A DNA stretch of 64,000 bases from Alphaproteobacteria bacterium. GTDB lineage: Bacteria > Pseudomonadota > Alphaproteobacteria > SP197. The DNA lies in NCBI GenBank assembly GCA_964291265.2, contig OZ219747.1, positions 224,001 to 288,000 on the forward strand, given 5' to 3'. The translations under genes and the position numbers were made by a program. Each line of letters starts with the position of its first letter. The stretch's first letter is position 1. Below the pieces are notes generated by a model. It made no database searches, was not told the DNA's origin, and saw nothing but the letters and a program-made list of their open reading frames with translations. This document shows positions 51,332 to 61,680 of this stretch, piece after piece.

Positions 51332-52764
51332 GCGCAGAAAGCGAGGCCAAGCCGGCTTGCAATGCTCGGGAGTTTTCTGTCACGCGGCAGATGGTTGGGC
51401 CAGACCCAACACTGTGGCCGCGGTCCCGCGCCCGGGGCGCGTTGCCCGTTCGAGAGTGCCGTCATGTTCCTCCGGGACGAAGGGCGCCCGAGGGTGCCCC
51501 CGCAGGACAAGGTATTGCAACCCCTCGCGACGGCAGGTCAACCCGAATGCCTTCCGGACGCCCAGGCGCCAAGTCCCAAGCTTACACGGATTCGGCTGGT
51601 GTGGCCCGCAAGGTCACACCTGACACCGGCGTCGCCCGCGCCCCGATCCCCGCATATCGCAATGTCGCCATGTCCGATCTCCCCGCTTGCGACTGCCGCC
51701 GCTCCCTCTCCGTCAGCGGCTTCACTCCCCGCACGCTCTTCTCGAACTCGATGGCGCATGCGGTCCGGCCCCGCTTGAACACCGCCCCCGTCCGGTGCAT
51801 CCCTACGGCATGGAAGGGCGTGGATGGATCGGCCGTCACGGGTTCTGGCCGTTGGCGCTGCTCTGGCTGCCGGCCGGGATCGTGGCGCAGGCGGCGATGC
51901 GGTTCGGGCCGGACGCGGTCGCGGCTGGGCGGCCGGGGCCGTGGTTGGCGACGATGGCGATGGAGGGGCTGACGCTGGCGCCGTTCGTGCTCTGCGGCCT
52001 ACCGCTGGCGCTCGGATGCCGGTCTGGATCACGTGGTGGTGGCTCGCGTGGAGGAGCTGACCGGAGACGGCGTCGGCCGACTGCGGAGTAAGGCGGTCGT
52101 GCAAGCGGTGATATGAAACTCAGGACCGGCGATTGATTTCGGGTTCGAGGGCACGGAGCCGTTCGATCAGGTCGTCGAACGGCAGCGCGTCGGCACCGAC
52201 GATGCCGGCGCGGCGCATGGCGTCGTAGTCGGATCGAAGTCCACCGATCTCGTCGTCGTCGGGCACGAGCCGGAGCCGGCCGTCGAGGCACCGGTCGTAG
52301 TGGGCATAGCTCGCATTGAAGAAGACCGTCTTATGCCGGACCACGTCCTCCAGGAGCGCGCGGTCGGCGAGGGCCGCCCGCCCGGCCTTGTGCCGGGCGA
52401 GGCTGGCCAGGTCGAACCAGTGGCGGGACAGGCGCTCCGGGCCGGCGGCGAGCCGGCGCCGGTGGCATTCGACATGGATGAGCGTGGCCTTCTCCCAGAA
52501 GGTGCGCGCCGGTGAGAGGACCGTCACGGTCGCAGCGGGCCAGTCGAGGTCGGGGGTCAGGGCTGCGATGTCGGGGACAATCCCGTGCCGCTCGTTAGGA
52601 TCGACGACGTTGCGGCCGCCAAACTCCAGCAGGACCTCGGTCGCGAGATAGCCGATAGGGTTCTCGACGGCGGAGGGGTAGGCGAACCATAGCCGCTCGC
52701 CGTCCTCGCCGATGCGGACGTCGGGCCGGCCCGACACCGGGAGATCGCCGGCGGCAGCCTCTAG

Positions 52765-54720
52765 ACCGAAGTTCCGGACGTTTTCCAGCTGGAAATCGCG
52801 TCAAGTCGTTGATCTTGCGCGGTTTATCGGGTTTGACGGACTTCACAACGTACCCATGTACGGATGCATTTTGTGCTTGACACACGGCAGTGCCGTGCCT
52901 ATGTACAGTAGCCATGTACATCGAAGCCGTCCCCAACCGCTCCTCGCCGCCCGCCATCCTGCTCCGCGAGTCCTATCGCGAAAACGGAAAGGTCAAGAAG
53001 CGCACCATCGCCAACCTCTCCAAGTGGTCCCCCACTCTCGTCGAGGGATTGCGCATCCTCCTCAAGGGAGGAACAGCAGTCCGACATCTCGACGATGCCT
53101 TCGACATCGTCCGCTCCCTCCCCCATGGGCATGTCGCCGCGGTGCTGGGAACCCTGAAGAAGCTGGGACTGGACAGGTTGATCGACCCGAAGCCCTCGGC
53201 ACGGCGCGATCAGGTCCTAGCCATGATCGTGGCACGCATCCTCGAGCCCGCCTCGAAGCTGGCCACGGCCAGGGGGCTGGCCGAGGCCACGGCGGTCAGC
53301 ACCCTGGGCGAGGTCCTCGATGCGGAGATGGACGAGGACGCCCTCTACGGCGCCATGGACTGGCTCCTGGAGCGTCAGGAGAGGATCGAGCGGTCCCTGG
53401 CGAAGCGGCGCCTCGAAGAGGGCTGCCTGGTGCTCTATGACCTGACCTCGGTATGGATGGAGGGGAGAGCGTGTCCCCTGGCCAGGAGGGGTCATTCCCG
53501 GGATGGCAAGAAGGGCAAGCTGCAGATCGAGTTCGGCCTTCTGTGCGATCGGGACGGCTGTCCAGTGTCGGTGGAAGTGTTCCCCGGCAACACGGCGGAC
53601 CCCGGGACGGTGGCATCACAGATCACCACGCTGCAGGAGCGCTTCTCCCTGGCGAAGGTGGTGCTGGTGGGAGACCGGGGGATGCTGACCGAGGCGCGCA
53701 TACGCGAGGAGGTGAAGCCTGCGGGCCTGGACTGGATCAGCGCCTTGAGGGGACCGGCCATCCGCGCCCTTGTGGAGGCCGGCGACGTCGAGATGTCGCT
53801 CTTCGACGAGAGGGACCTGGTGGAGATCACCAGCGATGCGTATCCCGGCGAACGCCTCATGGTCTGCCGCAACCCCCTGCTGGCCGAGGACCGGGCCCGC
53901 AAGCGCCAGGAACTGCTCGAGGCCACCGAGGCCCTGCTTGAACCGATCGCCGCAGCGACACGGCGCGACAAGCGCCGTCTCAAGGGTGCCGACAAGATCG
54001 GGGAGCGGGTCGGCAAGGTCATCAGCACGTACAAGATGGCGAAGCACTTCACGTGGTCCATCGACGACGAGGGTGTCTTCACCTATGGGCGCGATGAGGT
54101 TGCCATCGCCGCCGAGGCCAGGCTCGACGGCCTCTACGTGATCCGCACCAGCCTGCCGCAGAGCGAGCTCGACGGTCCCGGCACAGTGCGCGCCTACAAG
54201 CGGTTGAGTTCGGTGGAACGGGCCTTCCGCAGCCTGAAGACCGTGGATCTGAAGGTCCGTCCCGTCTACCACCGCACCGAACCCCGGGTCCGCGCCCATG
54301 TCTTCCTGTGCATGCTCGCCTACTACGTGGAATGGCACATGCGCCAGAAACTGAAGCCCATGCTGTTCGACGACGAGGATGCCGAAGGCGCCGAGGCCCG
54401 GCGGCCGTCCGTCGTGGCGCCGGCAGAAGTCTCGGCGAGCGCCCGGGCCAAGGCGGCAACCAAGAGGACGCCCGGGGGTGATCCGGTGCACAGCTTCCGT
54501 ACTCTCCTCGATGATCTCGCGACCATCACCCGCAACACCGTGGCGCCCCGCCTTGCGGGCGCCCAACCCTTCCAGGTCACCACGCGGCCCACGCCGCTCC
54601 AGAGAAGAGCACTCAAGCTCCTGGGCGTGAAGCCGTAATGTACCCAGTCAGACGCCCCTGAGATCCATCGAATGCCATTTATATCAAGCACTTGCACTTG
54701 ATCGGCGCTGGAACTTCGGT
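52765..54720 (+). mobile_element. IS1634-family insertion sequence with CTAG target duplication
   Basis: IRs ACCGAAGTTCC / GGAACTTCGGT, flanked by CTAG at 52761-52764 and 54721-54724. Confidence 0.93.
52914..54638 (+). CDS. IS1634 transposase (intact)
   Basis: LLRESYRENGKV, LYDLTS, GHSRDG, VGDRG, VERAFRSLK, RVRAHVFLC. Confidence 0.95.
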   Translation: MYIEAVPNRSSPPAILLRESYRENGKVKKRTIANLSKWSPTLVEGLRILLKGGTAVRHLDDAFDIVRSLPHGHVAAVLGTLKKLGLDRLIDPKPSARRDQVLAMIVARILEPASKLATARGLAEATAVSTLGEVLDAEMDEDALYGAMDWLLERQERIERSLAKRRLEEGCLVLYDLTSVWMEGRACPLARRGHSRDGKKGKLQIEFGLLCDRDGCPVSVEVFPGNTADPGTVASQITTLQERFSLAKVVLVGDRGMLTEARIREEVKPAGLDWISALRGPAIRALVEAGDVEMSLFDERDLVEITSDAYPGERLMVCRNPLLAEDRARKRQELLEATEALLEPIAAATRRDKRRLKGADKIGERVGKVISTYKMAKHFTWSIDDEGVFTYGRDEVAIAAEARLDGLYVIRTSLPQSELDGPGTVRAYKRLSSVERAFRSLKTVDLKVRPVYHRTEPRVRAHVFLCMLAYYVEWHMRQKLKPMLFDDEDAEGAEARRPSVVAPAEVSASARAKAATKRTPGGDPVHSFRTLLDDLATITRNTVAPRLAGAQPFQVTTRPTPLQRRALKLLGVKP

Positions 54721-55082
54721 CTAGGGCGGGGGCGACGCCATGGCGGACGTAATCGTCGACGCGGGACTTGAGCCGATCGCCGAATCGGCGGATCGCGGAG
54801 CGGCTGACGCCCGGCGCGAAGGCGTCGAAGCCGTCGGCCAAGGCCCGATAGTCGAGGGTGATGTCGACGTCCTCGGAGAACCTGTCGACGATCCGATAGA
54901 CCTTCGAGAGCGAGGTGCCGCCCTTGAAGGCCATCGGATGGACATCCGGGGTGGAGAAGAGGATCTGGAGGACCCGGCAGATCCAGACGTCCTTCTCCAG
55001 GACGACCGCCGGCCGGCCCAGGCGGGCGGCGGCGGTCTGGAGGATATCGCGCCGGTCGGTGGCCGGCAGCGACAGGAAGGCG

Positions 55083-55682
55083 TCAGCCACGGGCGTCGGC
55101 CGCTGCGTCGAGCGCGTCCGCCATCCAGGCCGGCATCTCGGCCGAGCGGAGCCTGGCGAACCCTTCCGGACCGATCACGGCTTCGATCCTGGCGACCGCG
55201 TCCGGCGTCGCGTTGTCCTTGCCGAGATACCACAGCGCCGCCAGCGCGAGGCCGGCCGGCTCGCCAGCGAACTGGAGCCGGCGGCGGTTCGAGGTGTGGA
55301 TCATCCTGACCGTGGTGCTGCCGATCCGGATCGGGCGGCTCGATGCGCTGGTATGGTACACGGGCTCCATCGGCACCTGGGTGCTGAGCCCGAGGCGCCG
55401 GGCGGCCTCGGCGCCGTGGACCTGGACGGTCTCGCCGTTGTCCCGGGCGATGGCCCGGACCACCTCGGCGACGCTCGGATGGACGTTGCCGACGAAACGG
55501 CTCTTCCTGGGCCGGACGAAGACGCCCCGCGAGAGCCGCTCGATGACGCCGTCCGTGACGATGCGCGCGAGCGCCCGGTCGACCGCGCCGCGCGAGCCGA
55601 GGGCGGCGAAACGCGAGGTCGTGAACGGCCGGCCCCGCGGCAGCTTGCGGATGTCGGTCCTGATGGCTTCCGCGACGGACAT
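55083..55682 (-). CDS. AbiEi-type antitoxin (DUF6088 family)
   Basis: GSRGAVDRALARI, RLSRGVF, LGLSTQVP; overlaps the toxin start. Confidence 0.88.
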   Translation of the reverse strand: MSVAEAIRTDIRKLPRGRPFTTSRFAALGSRGAVDRALARIVTDGVIERLSRGVFVRPRKSRFVGNVHPSVAEVVRAIARDNGETVQVHGAEAARRLGLSTQVPMEPVYHTSASSRPIRIGSTTVRMIHTSNRRRLQFAGEPAGLALAALWYLGKDNATPDAVARIEAVIGPEGFARLRSAEMPAWMADALDAAADARG

Positions 55683-55930
55683 GGCGGGCTCCTTTCTGTC
55701 CGAAAACATAGTGGTTTTGCCTACAATATTCAAGGGTAGCGCCGCTGTTCCAACCGGCGGACGGCGGGCCGGCTGCGCAGCGGGACGGCCGATGCAGTCA
55801 GCGGCGAGGGGAAACGATCGGAGGTTTGGGACTCGGCAGTGCGCAACGGACCATGACCGAGCAAACCCGACAAACGGATGTGGATGCTTGGTTACGGCGT
55901 TATCGATGGGTGGGTTTCGCGTACTGCATC

Positions 55931-56200
55931 TCACCTGCGAAAACGCGGTGTCCAGCGGTCCTCCATATCCTCGTCTTCTTCGTCAGGTTCATCGTCGGCA
56001 AATACGCTCGAAGAGAGTACCGTAAGCGTCTTGCCGTATCGTCCGAGGCCAACCGTCTCCTCTGTGCCCGGCAGGGAACGAGGACCGCCGAACCAGTCGC
56101 GAAGATCGATGTCTGCATGGCTGCGTTGGGCCCGAAGGATATTGTCGGGATCGCGATTGAAGAGATCGGTCTTGAGGCGTCCGAGGGACAACCCCAGTCA
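55931..56200 (-). pseudogene. Possible C-terminal remnant of an ImmA/IrrE-like protein
   Basis: DWFGG...EETVGLGRYGKTLTVL plus acidic tail ending WTPRFRR; no HExxH region visible. Confidence 0.35.
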
Positions 56201-56288
56201 ATGCCATGCGTCGCTCTCTGGGTCGCCGTCCTCGGCATGCATGGAGGCAGCGACCATGGCGGTCCAGGCCTCCCGGTCCAAATCCGGG

Positions 56289-57629
56289 CTATGGCGTTTG
56301 CCACAATCTGGATATCGGCACCGCATGGAAGCAGCTGCCGAAGGGAACGCAGGTCTCGCCGTCATAGAGCACGACACCGCAGGCGAAACGGTCGCCGGCC
56401 GCCTGCTCCAGCTTGCGCAGACCACGGAAGTCGCGTGGACCAACGGTCCCCGACGCCTTGATTTCCACACCGGCCACCGCGCCGGATGCCGTCTCGATCA
56501 CGATATCCGCTTCGAGACCGTCCTTGTCCCGAAAATGAAAGAAATCGCTCGGCATGTCCCACCAACTCGCCTGCCTTCGCAATTCCTGGAACGCAAACGT
56601 TTCCAGAAGATGGCCCAGCAGGGCCCGTTCTGCCGTCAGCGCGCCGACATCGACGCCAAGCAAGGCGGCCGCCAGTCCGGTATCGCCGAGATGCAGCTTC
56701 GGACGCTTGACCTGCCGTTTCAGTCGATTGCCGTGCCAGGCGGGCAGCCGTTCCAGAAGGAAGAGCTTCTCGAGAATCGTGACATAGTCCCCGATCGAAG
56801 GTCGGCTGAGCTCGAAGGGAGATGCCAAGCTGCTGAGGTTGAACGGTTGAGCCGTCTGCAAGGCCGCGGCCCGCAGGAGCTGTGGCAGGACATGCAGCGA
56901 CCGGACCCGGCTTATGTCCTGCGCATCGCGCTGAACAAGCGATTCCGCGTAGCCGCGATACCAGTTCGCGGCGCGTCTGCCGGTCGGCCGCGCAAGGGCG
57001 GCCGGATAACCTCCGGCGACGATCCTGTCAGCAAGCTGCTTACCCAGGCGCTCGCATCGGAACACCGGAAAACCCTTTCCGAACAGAGCGTTCAGGAAGT
57101 CCGCATCGGGACGGGAGGAATCTGACTGGCCGGTGAGCTCATACTGCGTCAGGGGATGCAGCGGCACGATCTGCATGCGTCCCGCCAGCGAGTCTGACAG
57201 TTGCGGAACAAGCAGCACGTTTGTGGACCCCGCAAGCAGGAAGCGTCCCGGCGCCCGATGCCGGTCCACGGATATCTTGATGGCTTCAAACAATTCGGGA
57301 ACCTGCTGGACTTCGTCCAGAATGACACGCTCCGGCAAGTCGGCGACGAAACCCATCGGGTCCGAGCGGGCGCTGTTTCTCGTGACCGAATTGTCGAAGC
57401 TGAAATAGCTGTATTCCGGATCTTCAGGAGAGGATCCCGACGAGAGCGGCTTGCCGCGCCAGGTCAGGGCTTCGCTGCGCCAGGCCAGGACGCTCGGCGC
57501 GCATGCGATCTGCGCGAGCGTTGTCTTTCCACACTGGCGCGGGCCGTGTATCAGAACGACCGGTGAGTCCTCGAGCGCTTCGACAAGCAAGCGCTCGACG
57601 GATCGGCGATAGTATATCGGACCGGGCAT
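56289..57629 (-). CDS. AAA_14 ATPase with DUF4143 C-terminus
   Basis: GPRQCGKT, ILDEVQ, DSLAGR, GGYP, DTGL, EADIVIE...VEIK. Confidence 0.92.
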   Translation of the reverse strand: MPGPIYYRRSVERLLVEALEDSPVVLIHGPRQCGKTTLAQIACAPSVLAWRSEALTWRGKPLSSGSSPEDPEYSYFSFDNSVTRNSARSDPMGFVADLPERVILDEVQQVPELFEAIKISVDRHRAPGRFLLAGSTNVLLVPQLSDSLAGRMQIVPLHPLTQYELTGQSDSSRPDADFLNALFGKGFPVFRCERLGKQLADRIVAGGYPAALARPTGRRAANWYRGYAESLVQRDAQDISRVRSLHVLPQLLRAAALQTAQPFNLSSLASPFELSRPSIGDYVTILEKLFLLERLPAWHGNRLKRQVKRPKLHLGDTGLAAALLGVDVGALTAERALLGHLLETFAFQELRRQASWWDMPSDFFHFRDKDGLEADIVIETASGAVAGVEIKASGTVGPRDFRGLRKLEQAAGDRFACGVVLYDGETCVPFGSCFHAVPISRLWQTP

Positions 57630-57630
57630 C

Positions 57631-57690
57631 GGCTGATTGTAAGTTCTGATCCCGGCGGATTGCAAGTTTCAGTGCCGGCCAATTGAATCC
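57631..57690. repeat. Three direct repeats at 23-bp period upstream of the ATPase
   Basis: GGCTGATTGTAAGTT (57631), GGCGGATTGCAAGTT (57654), GGCCAATTGAA (57677). Confidence 0.65.
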
Positions 57691-57744
57691 AGGGTTGTGG
57701 TCCACCCCCAAGCGGGAGCTCCAGATGTCTTCCAGATGATGTTC

Positions 57745-57900
57745 ATTTCAAACCGTTGATATGGGGTGGTTTGTCGGATTGTCGGGTGGCATGGCCTACC
57801 CATGCGCGAGTGCGCCCTGTGCCTGAGGCGGTAGCCATGGACATCGAAGCTGCCTCCCCTCCACTCCTCTGCGCCCGCCATCCGCAAGCGTTCGGTCGAA
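57745..57900 (+). pseudogene. Decayed IS1634 5' end
   Basis: GTAGCCATGGACATCGAAGC...GCCCGCCATCC aligns with GTAGCCATGTACATCGAAGC...GCCCGCCATCC at 52908. Confidence 0.7.
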
Positions 57901-58046
57901 GGGTGACGACGATGAAGATGACAGTGACAAAGACGCATGGCCCCGGGACTCGCCTGCATTCGTTCAGTGCTGTCATCGCCTCAATCACCGCGTACCCGAA
58001 GGGTCAGGCAGACGGGGAACGCGACTGGAACGACCTTCGGCGGCTC

Positions 58047-59717
58047 TCACAGCGGACGCAGGGCGTCGGCGAGACGCGGCAGCGTTAAGGCGTCGTAGCG
58101 CTCCTGGCTGGCCGCACTGTCGTGGGCGAAGCGGAAGCAGGTAATGCCGTTGACGAGCGGCTGGATGATCTGACCGCCATAGCCCCGCATGGTGGCGATC
58201 CTGATGGTCCGCCCGGACCGGGTGGTGAGCGGCAGCTGCCACCAGGCGAGGTGGTAGGTGATGTCCTTGCCGTCGGCGGTGACCGTCCCCGTCGGCAACC
58301 CCTTCGCCATGGCGCCGTCGAGACACTCCCGCACCAGGGAAGACTCCAGCAGTTCCGTTCCCTCGTGGCATCCACCGTTCGACAGCAACGTCCCCAGCCG
58401 CCCCACGTCATCGAGACCGAGAAAGAGACCGAAAGCGGTGAGCGGCACACCCCTTGTGCAGTCCTCCTCGAGGGTGCGGTTGATGTCCACCGGACCACAG
58501 CCGATGGGGCGCAGAACCTCGTTCTCGACCATGGCGAAGAGATCGGCATCGGGGCCACGGTAGCGTTTCCACACCGCCTCCATGGCCGCGCCGGCAACGA
58601 AGAGATCCTGGTCCCGGTAACGGGCCACGACGCCCGGTCCCCAGGGATAGGAGGGCACACGGAACGCTTCGCGGAGCTTGTCCGCACGGCTGCGGGCGGC
58701 GTACCAGTTCTGATAGGCGCGGTAGCAGGCGCCTTCCGAACCGCCTGCCCGGGCGTATTCCGGTCCGGTCAGGTTGTCGGCGTGGATGTCGCCGGTTTCA
58801 CCGGCGGTGCCGATACCGGTCGCCATGGAGAGACAGTGCCGGATCGTCACGTCGTGCCAGCCGTCGTGATCCGCCGTGACATCGAGGACATCGACGATGC
58901 GGGTGTCGGCGACACCGGGACCGAGGTGGCAGGCCAGACGCATGAGCGCGGTGGTGGCGAAAGCCGCCTTGGTAGCCGACCAGATGCCGAAGCGCATGGC
59001 ACCGGGGAAGGGGTAGGGCCCGTGCCGCGTGGCAAAGCCCGTCGCATAGATGTGCCCGTCCACCACGAGGCCGCTTGTGATCTCGCTGTCGCGCAACGGA
59101 TCGTCCAGCAGCGCCTCGAGCATGTCCGGGGAGGCGATCTCCGCCATGTCACGAATCGGCATCGGATCGGGACGGCAGGGGAGATTCGATGATGCTGCCG
59201 CCTCGCGGAACGACGCCCTCGCCACACCCCAGAGATCGAGACGTTCGGGAATGTGATCGGGGAGTGTCTCCGTCACCACCTGAACGACAAGATCGCGCAC
59301 CCGCGCACCGTCCCAGGCGAACCGGGCCACCCCGTGGTGGCTGTCGTTCTCCCTCTCGCAGGAAAGCTGGAAGGGAAACGATGCGACATCCCAGGCACCG
59401 TCGCCCTTCCAGATGCATCCCTCGCCAACCATGATGTCCCAGTAACTCTGCGGATCGGGCCGGCGATGCAGCCTCCCGTGCTCCGGCAGGAGTGCGTTGC
59501 CGTCGGTCCGGAAGGCGAGATCGACGCCGGGAAACCGGGCGACGCCGCCACCCAGGGCGAAATCGGCGTGTGCCGAGTCGTCGCTCGCCGCCAGCGGGGA
59601 TCCGTCGATGGCGAGGACGCCGTTGAAGGGATGGCGACAGGGCCGACGATCTGCCGGCGGCGTGAAGATGCCGATGGGCCATGGCACATCCTTCCGTGTG
59701 CCGTCCCGCCTGATCAT
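58047..59717 (-). CDS. Serine hydrolase, beta-lactamase/class C-like family
   Basis: WSATK (SxxK), LSMATG, RYRD, MRGYGGQ. Confidence 0.8.
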   Translation of the reverse strand: MIRRDGTRKDVPWPIGIFTPPADRRPCRHPFNGVLAIDGSPLAASDDSAHADFALGGGVARFPGVDLAFRTDGNALLPEHGRLHRRPDPQSYWDIMVGEGCIWKGDGAWDVASFPFQLSCERENDSHHGVARFAWDGARVRDLVVQVVTETLPDHIPERLDLWGVARASFREAAASSNLPCRPDPMPIRDMAEIASPDMLEALLDDPLRDSEITSGLVVDGHIYATGFATRHGPYPFPGAMRFGIWSATKAAFATTALMRLACHLGPGVADTRIVDVLDVTADHDGWHDVTIRHCLSMATGIGTAGETGDIHADNLTGPEYARAGGSEGACYRAYQNWYAARSRADKLREAFRVPSYPWGPGVVARYRDQDLFVAGAAMEAVWKRYRGPDADLFAMVENEVLRPIGCGPVDINRTLEEDCTRGVPLTAFGLFLGLDDVGRLGTLLSNGGCHEGTELLESSLVRECLDGAMAKGLPTGTVTADGKDITYHLAWWQLPLTTRSGRTIRIATMRGYGGQIIQPLVNGITCFRFAHDSAASQERYDALTLPRLADALRPL

Positions 59718-59757
59718 GGTATCTCCCGGCCCGACACGAACACGAAGGGAACGATGC

Positions 59758-60762
59758 ATGTTCCGGTCATTCTTTGCCAATCGGCGCTGGCTGCACTGGT
59801 CGATCCTCGGCAGTGCCACGATCCTCGGCGTCACCTGGTACAAGGTCCAGCTCGATGTCAAGATCAACGAGTGGTTCGGTGACTTCTACGACACCCTGCA
59901 GGTCGCGCTGACCGAACCGGGGACCGTCGAATTTGCCGACTTCCTCGACAAATGCCTCACCTTCGCCGAAATCGCGGGCATCTACATCGTCGTCGCCGTG
60001 CTTCTCGAGTTCTTCGTGCGTCACTTCGTGTTCCGCTGGCGCACGGCGATGAACGACTACTACATGTCCTACTGGCACGATGTACGGCACATCGAAGGGG
60101 CGGCACAGCGCGTTCAGGAGGACACCATGCGGTTTGCCCGCATCGTCGAGGGGCTGGGTGTCGCCTTCATGCGCTCGGTGATGACTCTCGTTGCCTTCCT
60201 GCCGTTGCTGTGGTCGCTGAGCGAGCATGTCACCGAACTCCCCTGGATCGGCGCCGTCGAACATTCCCTGGTCTGGCTTGCCATCGTCTCGGCGGCGGCG
60301 GGCACCGTTCTCCTCGCCATCGTCGGCATCAAGCTTCCCGGCCTCGAGTTCAACAACCAGAAGGTCGAGGCCGCCTACCGCAAGGAACTGGTGTTCGGCG
60401 AGGACCACGAAGACAGGGCGCGGCCGGAATCCGTCATCGAACTCTTCGCCAACGTGCGCAGGAACTACTTTCGCCTGTTCAGGCACTACCTCTACTTCGA
60501 CATCGCGAAGTGGTCCTACCTCCAGTTCTCGGTGATCGTTCCCTACGTCATGATGGGACCCACCATCGTCGCCGGCATCATCACGCTGGGTCTCCTGCAG
60601 CAGATCCTGCGCGCCTTCGACCGCGTTGAATCGTCCTTCCAGTTCCTGGTGAATTCCTGGGCCATCATCGTCGAGCTCATCTCGATCTACAAACGCCTCA
60701 AGGCCTTCGAGGACTCCATCAGGCACACGCAACGCATGCGAAGTCTGCCGCAGACCGCATGA
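59758..60762 (+). CDS. sbmA: SbmA/BacA-like peptide transporter
   Basis: MFRSFF, FRWRTAMN, IEGAAQRVQEDT, EAAYRKELV, ELISIYKRL. Confidence 0.9.
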   Translation: MFRSFFANRRWLHWSILGSATILGVTWYKVQLDVKINEWFGDFYDTLQVALTEPGTVEFADFLDKCLTFAEIAGIYIVVAVLLEFFVRHFVFRWRTAMNDYYMSYWHDVRHIEGAAQRVQEDTMRFARIVEGLGVAFMRSVMTLVAFLPLLWSLSEHVTELPWIGAVEHSLVWLAIVSAAAGTVLLAIVGIKLPGLEFNNQKVEAAYRKELVFGEDHEDRARPESVIELFANVRRNYFRLFRHYLYFDIAKWSYLQFSVIVPYVMMGPTIVAGIITLGLLQQILRAFDRVESSFQFLVNSWAIIVELISIYKRLKAFEDSIRHTQRMRSLPQTA

Positions 60763-61164
60763 TCACGGTCCGAATTCCGTCACCTTCTCGAGGGCATCGT
60801 CGGGTTCGTACCAGCCGCACCGGGATTCCCAGAAGATGTGCCGTTCCCTGCCCTCGCGGCCCCCGGGGTCGGCCCCGTCATCGAGCGTGCCCACCGAGAC
60901 GCTGATCTCGTCTCCCATCTCGCCGAAGACATGGCATCCGCAGTGACGGCAGAAACGTCTCTCAAGGGCCGGCGATGTCCGGTAGCTCGACAGGGATTCC
61001 TCACCGGTCAGAAGCCTGAAGCCCGAGCGGTCGACGCTGGCATAGGTGAGGTAGAGCGCACCCTGGCACTTGCGGCAGATCGAGCAGTGGCAGTGATAGA
61101 AATCGTGGACCTTGCCCGTCAGTTCGTAGCGCACGGCGCCGCACAGGCACCCTCCCGTCATCAT
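60763..61164 (-). CDS. GFA/CENP-V family protein
   Basis: GGCLCG, CHCSICRK, FCRHCG. Confidence 0.92.
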   Translation of the reverse strand: MMTGGCLCGAVRYELTGKVHDFYHCHCSICRKCQGALYLTYASVDRSGFRLLTGEESLSSYRTSPALERRFCRHCGCHVFGEMGDEISVSVGTLDDGADPGGREGRERHIFWESRCGWYEPDDALEKVTEFGP

Positions 61165-61166
61165 CG

Positions 61167-61574
61167 TCACGTCTCCCCGTAGCCCGCGACACGCACCGCA
61201 TCATCGCCCGGATCATGCCAAGTCACTCGGGACTCCCAGAAGATGTGCCGTTCGCTCGCCGGATCATGGTCGGGCGCCTCGCCCTGATCGAGGCTGCCAA
61301 GACACAGGAACACCGTGTCGCCGCCTCCGGGAACCTCGGCGAACATGTGTCCGCCGCAGATGGCACAGAACCGGCGGCTGATCGCGTCCGAACTGCGGTA
61401 CTCGCGCAAGGATTTCCGGCCTTCAACCTTCAGGTCGTCACGGGCAACGCCCCCGAAACTCACGAAGAGCGCTCCTTGCAGTTTCCGGCACATCGAGCAG
61501 TGACAGTGGCTCACATGATCGACCTTGCCGGCCACCTCGTATCTCACCGCCCCGCACTGGCACGACCCCTTCAT
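61167..61574 (-). CDS. GFA/CENP-V family protein
   Basis: GSCQCG, CHCSMCRK, FCAICG. Confidence 0.92.
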   Translation of the reverse strand: MKGSCQCGAVRYEVAGKVDHVSHCHCSMCRKLQGALFVSFGGVARDDLKVEGRKSLREYRSSDAISRRFCAICGGHMFAEVPGGGDTVFLCLGSLDQGEAPDHDPASERHIFWESRVTWHDPGDDAVRVAGYGET

Positions 61575-61680
61575 CCCGGCACCTCCCTGGCCATTCCGCC
61601 ACCGCCAAGCTTACGGGAAGGAGGGGGGCTTGAACACACCTGCAAGAAGGGGATCGTGCAGGAAAGCGCCTCGGAGAAGG

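Larger units (their letters stand above)
52120..55090 (-). pseudogene. AbiEii/AbiGii nucleotidyltransferase toxin interrupted by IS1634
   Basis: 5' half has LEKDVW, FKGGTSLSK, RFSEDVD; 3' half has LEFGGR, RTFWEK, SRHWFD; the halves rejoin in frame. Confidence 0.92.

Noticed and set aside
60763-61574. Tandem GFA paralogs as a novel system
   Set aside because: This is a common family that is often duplicated, with nothing unusual beyond the tandem arrangement.
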